In this document: positions 36,001 to 47,055 of the stretch, one piece after another
Layout of the letters: every line of letters begins with the position of its first letter
How positions within the stretch are numbered: position 1 is the first letter of the stretch
Assembly (NCBI RefSeq): GCF_006345805.1
Contig: NC_043008.1
Span: 24,986,001 to 25,050,000 of the forward strand
Source of the DNA: Octopus sinensis
Lineage: Eukaryota
DNA length: 64,000 bases
Direction: 5' to 3'
Translations under genes and position numbers: made by a program
Notes under the pieces: generated by a model
Database searches by the model: none
Seen by the model: the letters and a program-made list of their open reading frames with translations, nothing else
Told to the model about the DNA's origin: nothing

Positions 36001-39000
36001 AGCTAAGTCTGCATCTATCATCACAAAGTTTCTTGCACGTAAGTAATTATAATTATCCTAACGTAAGAAGTGGGAATAACAGTAAAAATGCTTGCAAATA
36101 ATGCTAAAACATTTGATTTCCACAGCGATATAATTTTCCATCTTTAAAATTGTACTTTTGTTTCAGCGTGGCTAGCAAGTTTTTTCCCTTTAATAATTAA
36201 GGAAGACAGACTAAGAGCTGCAAACTTACAAGCATATTATTCGACTTCTGCAAAGGAATATTATGTCAAAATATTCCGTAAATATGCATATTCTCAATTC
36301 ATGGGTCACATGAATACGAGCCATAATTTTGTCAGCTTGTTTTTAAGTTGTGAATCATTATTTGTAAATTCACAATTCTTTTTGACTGAAATGAATCATT
36401 TTTCAGACCTTTTAGAATGTTTGGAGGTGAGATTAATAATGATTATATAGGAGAGGAATAAATGTCAGTACATGAGTAGGAAAGTGTATCATGTGTAAAA
36501 CATTTGGAGTAGGAAAGCTTGAAATATTATTCGAAGAAGTTTTTTTTTATAGTTTTCAGTGTCAATTAGTGGAATATCAAGAGTATTGTGTAATCGATTG
36601 GTAAATATGTTAAGTCAGAGAAAATTACTCATCACACATATCTAATATTTTCATCGCCGATTCACTTTAGTGACTCCTCTCGTTGTCATATCTCATTCCA
36701 TATTTAAATGTTAAATAGTGGAGTTAGAATTCTAATAAAACGGAATTTGCGCCCTACTTTGATGTTAGCGGCATCTAGATCACCATAAACATTCTTAAAC
36801 TCTTGTCTACGAGTCACGTTAGAGCCGATATAATAACTTTCAGCAAACGGAGTGTGCAACAAGGTTTCAGTTCAGAGGTCACATATTTATTTCACTAAAC
36901 TGTTGAAAATTGACGAACTTTGTAATATCTATTACTCCTTCCAAAATTCATTTCACATCGTCTGCTGTTATATGTCTCCGGATTTTTGTTGTCTAACTTT
37001 TATCTGCATATTTGTCATTTTCTTCTAAAGCCTTTCAGCTTGCATAAACAATAGCTTACTCTGCTTTTCAATGGCATTTAAGAGAGTAATAAATATATGA
37101 AATCTGCTGGTAGATTATTGACTGTTCTACACGGAATGATACAATTGGGATGCCGTTCATGATTCTATACAATTCACAAGGAACAACAAACTAAAGATTA
37201 AAACATTAGGAATTATATACTGAGCGTTCATGATATGGCAGTATGTAGCGATCATCTATCACTTCTGTGGGTGGGGGATTGTGAATAAGATACAAATACA
37301 TATTTTTTCAGTTGCCGATATAATAAATCCCATTCACTTAAGTAAAACGCTAACATATGAGTACAGTGGACAATATTTGATAGCTGATATACAATCTCTA
37401 TTTGCATATATTTTTACTATTATTTGCCGAGATGGGATAGTTTCGGAATAGCTCACCCACATAAGTTTGATTGTCTCTGTTTAAGCAGGATTTTTTTCTT
37501 TTAGTTTTTGTTCAGCAAGCATTTCAAAATGATGCGAAAAGCCATTTACAAAGATAATTTTAATCCATTATTATTTTAAACGTCGCTCCTCTTTCCTCCA
37601 TCTTCGTACCTTCACGCCTATCTCACTATGAATTTTCCCCCCTATTAATGTTTTCCATATCGTTATATTCCATATTCTGAAACGTATGTAAAGTTTAGAG
37701 GGAAACAATTTTAATTCATGTATTTTTACAGTTGACAACCATCCCACAAAATGTAACAACAACCACAATAAGAACTCTTACAACCCTCTTCATTGTACTT
37801 TTCACAATTAAAAACGAAAAATTAATTTCAGTATTTGAAAATGTATAAAATAATATTTTTAATTTAAGAAAAGTTTAAGACCGAAAATATCTCTTGCTTT
37901 CATAATTATAGTTTCTTGCAACAGCTCCTTGTCCTAAATATTAGGCCTAATATTTATTTCTGTTTATTTATCTTGAATGCTGAAAATATGGTATATAAAA
38001 TGAAATTTCATGGGAATCAATGTAAATATGGTATGTGCTTATATAGTCTTGTTTTTTTTTCTGTTGATTCAATTTTAATATCGCAAAGAAAAAAATGTTT
38101 AGAACTTGGCATGAAAATAACAGAAAAACAGCAAAAATAAGCAAAAGGAAAATATTTCAGTCGAGAAAGGCACGATGGGAGGCGGATAATAATTTATTTG
38201 TTGTTTTGCTTTACATGTGAATTCCATGTTTCAGAACGTGGAATATAATAAAATGAATAAAACTAACAAAAAAGTATTTTCCATGCTAGTTGCAGTTAAT
38301 TTTCTTGGTGTGGTGGTGGTGGTGGTGGGCCTTTAAATACATGGATTCCAATTATTTTTCCATCTAGAAATTTGAATTACATGTGTTTCAGAATATGGAG
38401 TATAAGGAAGGGATAATATTCTAATGGTGATGATTTCGTGAAGTTACTATTGTAGTGGCAAGTGAGAGAGGAAGCGGTGTTTAAAGAAATTATGTATTTA
38501 ATTTTTTTATAAAAGCTTCCCCAACATTTTGAAGTGTACGGTGCAAAAAAACAAATTAAAGATTCCGGCGAAAACGGAGAAAATCCAACTTATGTAGATG
38601 AACTATTCCGACTCCGCCATTTAGTGTATCCTTAATATGATATGCTTCGGTTATGTTAAGAATTCATCAGTGATGCCCAAATTCATCATACTTGCCGAAG
38701 GGGAAAATATTAAATAAGTAAACAAGAATATATCGAGTTGCATAGAATTCGCCAAGCCATTCTCTCATAAATATTTAAGCAAGAATGATGAAGAATATAC
38801 TTTGATGTTGCATCCATAATAAGACCAAAACACGACCATGTTTGTCTCTTAGCTAAACCTTTTTCCTTTTACGTGTTAAGTAATACAAAACGAAATTTTC
38901 GTTTGCAGTTGCGCATTCTTGGACAATTATACTCCAAACACAATTGGTAACATAAGTTACAAAAACCTATATTCTCGAAGTATAATTAAATTTGAAGTAC

Positions 39001-39249
39001 TGTGAGGTGCATGAAAGTGTAATGAGAAACAAAACCTGCAGTAAAACAAAAGATATGTTTATATGCTTTCTTCTACTTAATTTTGCAAAGAAATCAAGGA
39101 TTTATGCACTTAGATAGATAGATAGACAAATATATAGAATAGATATACATACATGCAATTATATCTATACATACGCATGCGCTCACATGCACGCACACAC
39201 GCAGACACATACACATATACTGTTTGGCAAGGCTTCAATATGTAGAATA

Positions 39250-39790
39250 GCATTCGATCTAAGACAGTAAAGATAATGTTTGGTTTTGGAACGGATTTTC
39301 CAGTCAATGTCGTATTTAATCCCTTCGTCTTCAAACTTCGAGATTAATGCCGTGATGTTGTTGTATGTTTCTTCTCACTGTGTCTAAAGATCGAAAATGA
39401 AAACCTATATTAACGGGTCTAAAGCATGTTCAATATGTTCTCCCGAAAAACAATTTCTTTTAAAGAACTTAAGAGTAGTCAATGGCTGCGTAAATCTGAG
39501 GAATGAGATATTTTCCATGTGTCCGTATTTTAATAAATACATCTTGGCAGAATTTAAATATAGACCACCGGACACATCTTAAACCACTCTCATCTGATTA
39601 CGTATTTTTGACATATGTTCGTTGTAACATAGGTTATCTCTCACGTGTTTCCTTTTCTGTCTACTTCCTTATGAGCGGTCCTTGTTCAAATGTGTGCTTT
39701 GAAAAGAGCTATGAAACGGTTTTGTTATCAATTTTCGACCAGGAAAACCTGGGTAGCTGTATTTCACATGGCTTCTAAGTTTCATTATAA
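39250..39790 (+). mobile_element. Penelope-like element 3' fragment (post-GIY-YIG Cys motif)
   Basis: YINGSKACSICSPEKQFL..NLRNEIFSMCPYFNKYILAEF resembles the C-x2-C..EK..LN.RxE..C C-terminus of Penelope ORFs, followed by a possible degraded hammerhead (cttatga..gaaac). Confidence 0.6.
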
Positions 39791-39945
39791 CCTACCTACC
39801 TACCTACCTATCAACATACATACATATATATACCTACCTACCTACCTACCTACCTACCTACCTACCTACATACCTACCTACCTACCAACCTACCTAACTA
39901 CCTACCTACCTACCTATCTACCTCCCTAACTACCTACCTACCTAG
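39790..39945. repeat. (CCTA)n microsatellite
   Basis: Direct reading. Confidence 0.95.
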
Positions 39946-39999
39946 ATACATACATATACATACATATGCATACATGCATACATATATTTAAAAATACTT

Positions 40000-40209
40000 T
40001 TTAGCTACTTTTCAACCATTTGACTGCAGCCATGCTGGAGCACTGCTTGAAAACGTTTTAGTCGAACAAATCGATCCTACGATTTATTCTTTGTAATCCT
40101 AGTACTTATTCTGTCAATTTCTTTTGCTAAACTGCTAAGTAACAGAGACATAAAGACACCAGCATCGTTTGACATACACACACACACACATACATACACA
40201 CACACACAT

Positions 40210-40251
<42 letters not shown>

Positions 40252-40395
40252 GTATATACATATACACGATTGGTTTCTTTCAGTCAGCTTCCGTCTGCCA
40301 AATCCACTCACAAAGCTTTAGTCGGGCTGAGGTTGTAGTTGAAGACACTAGGCCAAGGTGTCACGAAAGTGTTTGGAAAGTAAGCTTCTTAGCAC
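40000..40395 (-). mobile_element. SINE (family of 25957)
   Basis: catttgactgcagccatgctggagcac tail, internal (CA)n/(TA)n, ccaaatccactcacaaagc head. Confidence 0.8.
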
Positions 40396-41499
40396 ATACA
40401 CACACACACGCACACACACACACATATATATATGCATATATGTATGTATTTATAAACACGTGCATGTGTATATATTCGTGCATGTGTATATATTCATGCA
40501 TGTTATGTATACATGTACGTAAGCACTTGCGTATGAATGTATGTATTTGACCTTGTTCGATTGGAACAAAATCCCACTACCGTTTTGAAAACATCTTCAG
40601 CGTCATCGCCGCAAAGTATATTTAGGATAAAGTAGATGATCAACGTAGTTATATAATAATTCATGAAATCATTATTGAAGGGATTTCATATTTCCCAACT
40701 CTGTTATTTTTACAATTTGAATTATTTATGTTGCATCTTTGTGTTGACTGATTTTCCTTAAATTGCTCTTAAGAATGTTGTCAGTGATAATCCTCTAATT
40801 CAGTGTTGTGTAGGATGGCAATTTTGCTAACTATTGTTCCTTCTCGTCGATGTTTGTTAGCTAACAGGAAAATAGTCTACTTGTTTGTTTCATATAACAG
40901 CTTGAACCATGAAATATACAACTTTCATATATAAAGTGAAATTCGGATAGCAAATGGATTATTTTTAAATTTTTGCAGTTTTCGCGTTTATGTGAGAAAA
41001 AAAAAATTATTATCTAATCACTATAATATTTTAGAAAGAACAAAAGAGCAAGGAAGAAAAAGACGGTATAGCAAAGAGGTTCAACCAGCATTTGACAATA
41101 TATCCGAAGAATTCCCTAGTAGAAGATAGATAGGGATTCCAGAACCCGCTTAAAAAAGAAAATGAAAGATAGGAAAGATAGATCGTTAGGCATCATGTTA
41201 GAGAATGGCTGTCTTTACAAAGATACTAACTTTAAATTAAAGATTAATGTTGTAGCATAAATGAAACGGATGTAACCAAATCAAAAGTACTTTGTAGTTG
41301 CTTGTGTGTTTGTGTGTATTGAATATACATATATATATATAATTATATATTTATTTCGTCTTTATATTCACCGCGGTGTTTATTCTGACCATATCACACT
41401 AGGAGTTCTAAGGCGGATGATTTAAACCGGTCGTGTGCATACGTGCATATATATTCGTTCTTATATGTAAGTATATCATATGTTATATGTATATATACA

Positions 41500-42131
41500 T
41501 ACATCGTCCCCCCCTCCTACGTTTCTCTATCTCTCTTACCTCCACTCCCCTCGATCTGTCTCTTTCTTCTCCTCCCTCGTCCACCCTCTCTCTCTCTTCA
41601 TCTGTCCCTTTCTCCTGTCTTTTGTCCTCACGTGACCGCTAGCCACTGCTGGGCGCCCTTTTCGTTCCAGCAGTCGTCGAAGCAACACGTTTTTGTTCGT
41701 CTCCCGCGGCCATAAGGCACAACTTCATAAGCCAGCCCCAACTCAACTCGTTCTGTCGAAAGACCCTTGTCCTACGTCCTGGTTTTGTTTTGTTTTTTAT
41801 CCTTACCGTTATTGTTTATACGTTTTTGTATTCTTATTCGTGCTTTCCTTATTGTTGTCACGTATTCTGTATTTTTATTCGCGTACATCGTTCTTTTTCC
41901 GTCCTTGTGTTGTATACATTCGAAGCTTTCTTCCAAGGGATCTAATGCGCTTGGCTTAGATTTCCCTTGGGGGCTGCCCAGATCGGAGCAATCTCAAGAT
42001 TAATCAGCCGAAATTGCGAAGATGATCTGGTTCTTGACTGATGACTGAGGGCTTCGAATGTCCCGCCCTGTGGTTCTTGTCTCGTCTCCTTGGTGTTTCT
42101 GTTCTTGTCCATGTTTGTATTTATTTTTTAC

Positions 42132-42140
<9 letters not shown>
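41500..42140 (+). mobile_element. Non-coding Penelope-like terminal repeat
   Basis: Pyrimidine-rich body ending in a structured segment and a T-rich tail before (TA)n, organised like the minus strand of 2615-3090. Contains the hammerhead strands. Confidence 0.45.
41978..42048 (+). ncRNA. Candidate rearranged (non-circularly permuted) hammerhead ribozyme
   Basis: gcaaU-C-ucaaga-uuaa-ucag-cc-GAAA-uugc ... ucuuga-CUGAUGA-cuga. Helix III is 5 bp, helix I 6 bp, helix II 4 bp, plus a ccagauc/gaucugg extension. Confidence 0.7.
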
Positions 42141-42170
<30 letters not shown>

Positions 42171-42172
42171 TA

Positions 42173-42219
<47 letters not shown>

Positions 42220-42223
<4 letters not shown>

Positions 42224-42562
42224 ACACACGAACTTCTCCACTGGACTCTCTACCCATTACGGATTCTAGTTTGGACATTTACCCTCCGGCTGCACCTCTC
42301 CTACCTACGGATCACTGTGGACTCTACTCTTGATGAGAAATCCTTGCAATACACCACAACGCCAAAACACCTTTGAACTTTACGTAAAACTGTTATTATT
42401 GTCATTACTTTATTTTTATATTTATGTTTTTCTATGTCCCTTTCTGTAGAAGAGCGTAGGCTCGAAACGTAAAAGACTTTTTCCATTCCTGAGCATTATA
42501 CTAATACATCTGTTTGCTTTGTACACCACCTGTCTTCGTCTTTTGTTTTTTTCGTAAACTCT

Positions 42563-42570
<8 letters not shown>
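42220..42570 (+). mobile_element. Penelope-like terminal repeat fragment
   Basis: Homologous to 19500-19650 and flanked by (TA)n. Confidence 0.6.
42440..42475 (+). ncRNA. Minimal hammerhead-like motif with variant core CUGUAGA
   Basis: cuuu-CUGUAGA-a-gagc-guag-gcuc-GAAA-C-G-U-A-aaag. Confidence 0.55.
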
Positions 42571-42610
<40 letters not shown>

Positions 42611-42631
42611 ATTTATGTGCTATCTGAGTGT

Positions 42632-42690
42632 ATTCCACTGATGAAGGCAGAGCATTTCTTATGCAAAGTCAGAATTCCGGGATCTGGAAT
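42632..42690 (+). ncRNA. Degraded type I hammerhead motif
   Basis: auucca-CUGAUGA-a-ggc..guc-a-GAAU-ucc-gggaU-C-uggaau. Helix I is a perfect 6 bp; GAAA is damaged. Confidence 0.4.
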
Positions 42691-43628
42691 TATCCAGTAA
42701 TTATTTTGCTAGTTTATTTTGTCTCTATGTCTTCTCTCTCCCGGTGCTGTATGAACATTTAATGCGGTTTTAGAGTCACGTTTTGACTACTATTTCCAGC
42801 GTGGAGGTATCTCTTAGATACCCTAAATTATAATTTTAAATAATTATTACCTTTGAATGGTTTTTATTCCCATGCTGGCCACCCGATAAGATCGGTATTT
42901 TAAATATCGATCTTATTCTTATTTATATAAATTTATATATCTTTATATATATAAAGCTGAGAATGTGTGTCAGTCTATCTGTCTGTGTGTTTCCCTAAAA
43001 CTTAAGAACTACACAACCAATTTCATTCAAATTTTACATATGCCTTACTTAGGGTCCGGGGAGTGTCATCGGCAAAAAATTTCAACTTTTTGCCTAGGGC
43101 GAGCCCACAGCACTATCATATCTTCTCCACTACGATTCCCTAAAACTTGAGAACTACACAACCAATTTCATTCAAATTTTACACATGCCTTAATTAGGGT
43201 CCATGTAGTTTCACGGGCAGAAAAAGAATTCAACTTCTTGCCTAGAGCGAGCCCATAGCAATATCATATTTTCTCCACTATTTCAGTATTACGTGTTAAA
43301 AGTGAAACAAAAATATTTCTCTATTTTATGTCAGATGCTTTCACTTTAACAATAAAAATAATAATACCAATTGAATTATATGTAGTAAGAAATAATTAAA
43401 ATCAAACTAAAGTATAATATAAGTAAAAATAGCAATTGGTATAAAATTGCATCAGTGATTTGAACTTGAATAAGTGGTTTCACATGAATGGGAATTAAAT
43501 TAAAAATAAAATTAGCGTGCAGAAATGGAATAGTCCAGATGGATAATAAAAAATTAGATTAAAGAAAAGACTATTTTCTATAAAGTATACAATGTAGAGA
43601 AAAGAGAAGAGCTAACAAATTCCAGTCT

Positions 43629-45542
43629 TTATTGAGTGTGTTGTTTAGTTATTTTGTATGTGAAAAATTTGGAAAAAAAACTGTTAAAAAATTGTCAAAA
43701 ATTGAATCGCGCGAGGCGTTTGCCGCTGCGTGTTTGAATCTTTTATAGAAGGTGTGTCGACCCTCAAGTCATGGAGACTTACGCGGGGGTCGCCACAACA
43801 AAAAGTGATGAGTCTCTTAGAATAAGAGAAGTGTTCTTTAGAAAAGAACAATTGAAGGAATACGAGAAGTTCGTCAAAAGGGAGGGTGACAGCGTGAAGC
43901 TGGTCCCGCCTGTTGAAACAATAGAGGAGAGAAATAACAAGACGATAACGTATAGAACGCAAGATAGGAACACGAGAAAACTGGTGAGAGTGACGATTGA
44001 AGAAATAGAGAAATGTCTGGGGGACATCATGAAAAAAGCAACTTTTGTAGACAGAGGAAAGAAATATGGTACGGTGGAGGTGAGATGCGCAACAAAGGAA
44101 GTGGCGGCCGCATTGGCTTCCACTGTACTGAAAGCCGAAAATTTCACTATGTGGCCGACGTATAAAGGAAGGCGAGGGGTACGGGTAAGAGTCCCAAAGG
44201 TGCCCCCAGAAATAAAAACAGAAATGCTGGTAACAGCCATTCTAGGGTCAGCAAAGGAGGAAGTAGAAATAGGGCCAATCAAGGAGACCAACGTTGTAAA
44301 TTGGAAGGGATTCGGAGTAGAGTTGTGGGTGATGGCCACAATGGAAGACATCGAAAGGTTTCCCTTCCAAATAGAAATAGAAAACGAGAAAACAATTAGT
44401 GTAATTGTGGAGGGAAGAAAACCGATTTGCTACTTGTGCGGGTCAAGAGGGCACATAAAAAAGGAATGTCCGCTGTATGAATTCACAGCGGAGCAAAAAG
44501 AGACACAAAGTGGAGAGAAAGAAAAAGAACATGAAGGAAAGAACAGCGAAAACAAGGAAAAGGAAATAACAGAGAAACAACAAGAGAAGGGAAGTAACAG
44601 CGCACTGAAGGAAAATGAAAACAAAGGGAAGAAGATAGTAGAAAAGGAGCAAAATTCACAGGGTGGAGAAGTAGTGGAGAAGGAGCCAAGGCAGAAGCAA
44701 GAGAAAGAAAAGGAAAGTACATTAAAGGAAAGAGAAAAAACAGGAAAAGAACAAGAGAAGGAACAGAACCAAGAGAAAGGAAAAGATAGTATGCAAAAAG
44801 AAAAAGAAACTACAGGAAAGGAACATAAGGCACAGGGTAGAGAGACGACAGACAAAGAGTCTAAAAGACAAGAGAAGGAAAAAGAAAGAAGAGAAAGCAA
44901 AAAGAGAGAAAGAGAGAAACCGAGAGAGGAGAAAAAAGAGGAAGTAAGTCCTAAGAGAAAAACTAGACAAAATGCAGGTACGAATAGAAAATTCAAATAC
45001 TATGGAACATTGATCCATCACAGGCACTGTGAGGAGATGGAAGATTTAATAAACGTGACAAATGGATATACGTGGGTCAGGATGGGCACCGAATGGAAAG
45101 AAACAGGTGCACTCGTCCACGAGAACAACGCTGAGGCGTTCATCGAGGCAGCTGGCAAGAACGTGTCAAAACATATGAAATGCCGACTTACAGGTGGCCA
45201 CGAACGATGGAAATTTACCAAGATTTGGTAGAGATAATGGAGTATATATAAAAGAAAAGGTATTGTGAAAACTTTAATTTGGAAATGATAAAAAGAACTT
45301 TAAATTCTGAAAAAAAAAATGTTGAACTTTGTAAAATTTTTGAAATGTATGTTGAAAATGTGTAAAATATTTTATTTGGAAAATATTGTTGACGAATAAA
45401 AAAAAAATGACGAAATGTAACCGCTCGATTTCGGGGATCGAGTGGGCATTACACCACATTGTACAAACTTCATAATTCATTATTTTATTTTTCCCGATTG
45501 TATTGTCCCCTCTATGTTGCCCCTTGTGGGTAGGAATAAAAC
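43629..45542 (+). mobile_element. ORF1-only (half-LINE-like) non-autonomous Tx1-type element
   Basis: One intact ORF1 homolog, no RT, and a 3' terminus nearly identical to that of the adjacent Tx1 LINE. Confidence 0.8.
43771..45231 (+). CDS. Tx1-type ORF1p (gag-like CCHC knuckle, long K/E/Q-rich region, distinct C-terminal domain), 486 aa
   Basis: Uninterrupted ORF with CYLCGSRGHIKKEC. Collinear with the broken ORF1 at 45792-47042 (RGKKYGTVEVR/RGRKFGTVEVR, PTYKGRR/PLYRGRR, VEGRKPICYLCG/VEGRKPRCFGCG). Confidence 0.85.
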   Translation: METYAGVATTKSDESLRIREVFFRKEQLKEYEKFVKREGDSVKLVPPVETIEERNNKTITYRTQDRNTRKLVRVTIEEIEKCLGDIMKKATFVDRGKKYGTVEVRCATKEVAAALASTVLKAENFTMWPTYKGRRGVRVRVPKVPPEIKTEMLVTAILGSAKEEVEIGPIKETNVVNWKGFGVELWVMATMEDIERFPFQIEIENEKTISVIVEGRKPICYLCGSRGHIKKECPLYEFTAEQKETQSGEKEKEHEGKNSENKEKEITEKQQEKGSNSALKENENKGKKIVEKEQNSQGGEVVEKEPRQKQEKEKESTLKEREKTGKEQEKEQNQEKGKDSMQKEKETTGKEHKAQGRETTDKESKRQEKEKERRESKKREREKPREEKKEEVSPKRKTRQNAGTNRKFKYYGTLIHHRHCEEMEDLINVTNGYTWVRMGTEWKETGALVHENNAEAFIEAAGKNVSKHMKCRLTGGHERWKFTKIW

Positions 45543-45791
45543 AATTCCAGTCTGTTTTGTCGATTGCTGTTTATAACCGGTTTGTTAATTTAATTATTGT
45601 TACTTTGTTTTATATATTGTGTATTTTGTGTAAAACTGTTATTAGCCTTCGCGCGAAGGCTACGTATTAAATTCCCCCCCCCCGCGGGGGAATTGTTGTG
45701 AAACAATTATTGTGGAACAGTTTAAAATAGCCAGAATTTTTTGAAGGCCTGTTAAAGCCAATTGAAAAGGCTTGTAAAGCCACATCCAGAG

Positions 45792-47042
45792 ATGCAGACT
45801 CCTATCTCCTATTCACCTGTATCAGGTGAAGAAAGTTCACCGGCGGTGACGCCGAAAATAGAAGAAGCCCCAGCGAAGAAGTTCGCAGAAGTTGCGGGAA
45901 AAAAACAGAAAAAATCAACACGGATAAAAGCAACTTAGAAAAATATGCAGCATGTTTGAAAAAGGAAGGTAATGAAGTAACATTGATACCAGACGTCAGA
46001 AAGACAGAGGAAGTAGATAAAAGAAGGATTATTTACAAAACATATAATACGACGATGAAAACCATTCAAAGAGTGGAAGAGAAAAAAATTGAGAATTGTC
46101 TAAAGACAATATCGAAGGACATCACATATATAAACCGTGGCAGAAAATTTGGAACGGTTGAGGTGAGGTTCAGGACTGAGGAGATAGCAAAGAAGCTATC
46201 AACCGAACCTCTAAAAGCGGAGAATATACTCCTCCTCCCCCTGTACAGAGGCAGAAGGACTTCAAGAATATTAATAAAAATTATTCCGCCAGGGGCGGCC
46301 GCCACATGCCTAGCGGCGGCAGGGATGTTAGGATTGGAGGACAATATCACTATGCCTCCAGGCTACAGTAGAGGAGGAGGAGTATTGGCAAGGCCAATGC
46401 ATCTCAATGGCGATACAGGCGGAGGTCCAGACGTTGGAAGAAATTCCAGAGATATTAAGGATCAGCGAGGAGGAGAGGGTGTTAGTACTTGTGGAGGGCA
46501 GAAAGCCGAGGTGCTTCGGCTGTGGTAAAAAGGGGCACGTGAGAGCGGAGTGCCAACCTAGACCGCAGGAAGCAGCACAGCCAGAAGAGAAAACAGAAGA
46601 GAAAACACCAGAAACTACAGAAACCAAAGAAGCAACAGAAACAACAAGCGACGAAGAAAAGGAAAAAGAGGAGGGATGGTCAAAAATTACCAAAAAAAAA
46701 CGGAAAACAGAAACCACCCCTCAGAAAGAGAGCCAAAAAAAGAGGAAAGAAGCGACGAATACATTTATGGCCATTAAGGCTGCCAACAACAGGCTAATTA
46801 ACGTTTTGGCAGCCATGGCCAAGGTGGAGAAAATTAAAAAAACAAAAGACTGCATTGTTTATAGAATAGGCTGGAAGGATTACGGACGGATAAAATCCGA
46901 ATTCTTTCATGACGTGGGCCCTCTGAGATTGGACATATCTCCATATTTATACGAGGGCCTGCGTCGGACTCCCCCACGAGTCCAGGAAAAAATAAAAGTG
47001 AAGAAGAAGAAGAAAAACAAGTCGAACAAGTCGAACCACTGA
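45792..47042 (+). pseudogene. ORF1 of the Tx1 LINE with two frameshifts
   Basis: ATG at 45792 reads MQTPISY..KAT*. Homology continues in the -1 frame (LEKYAACLKKEG) after the A7 run 45899-45905, then shifts again at about 46352-46358 (atgcctccag) into LQATVEEEEYWQG..CFGCGKKGHVRAEC. Confidence 0.8.
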
Positions 47043-47055
47043 TATAAGGTAAGTC

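Noticed and set aside
39660-39725. Possible hammerhead (cttatga..gaaac) after the Penelope fragment
   Set aside because: Core and helices too degraded to support a call.
42991-43281. Repeat pair that could suggest a CRISPR-like or iteron array
   Set aside because: A plain two-unit 145-bp tandem duplication within a eukaryotic Helitron-like element, with no spacers.
43779-45027. Long hydrophobic S/F/L-rich minus-strand ORFs (43779-44351, 44430-44996 and others)
   Set aside because: Antisense shadows of the purine-rich ORF1; their composition is explained by the sense strand.
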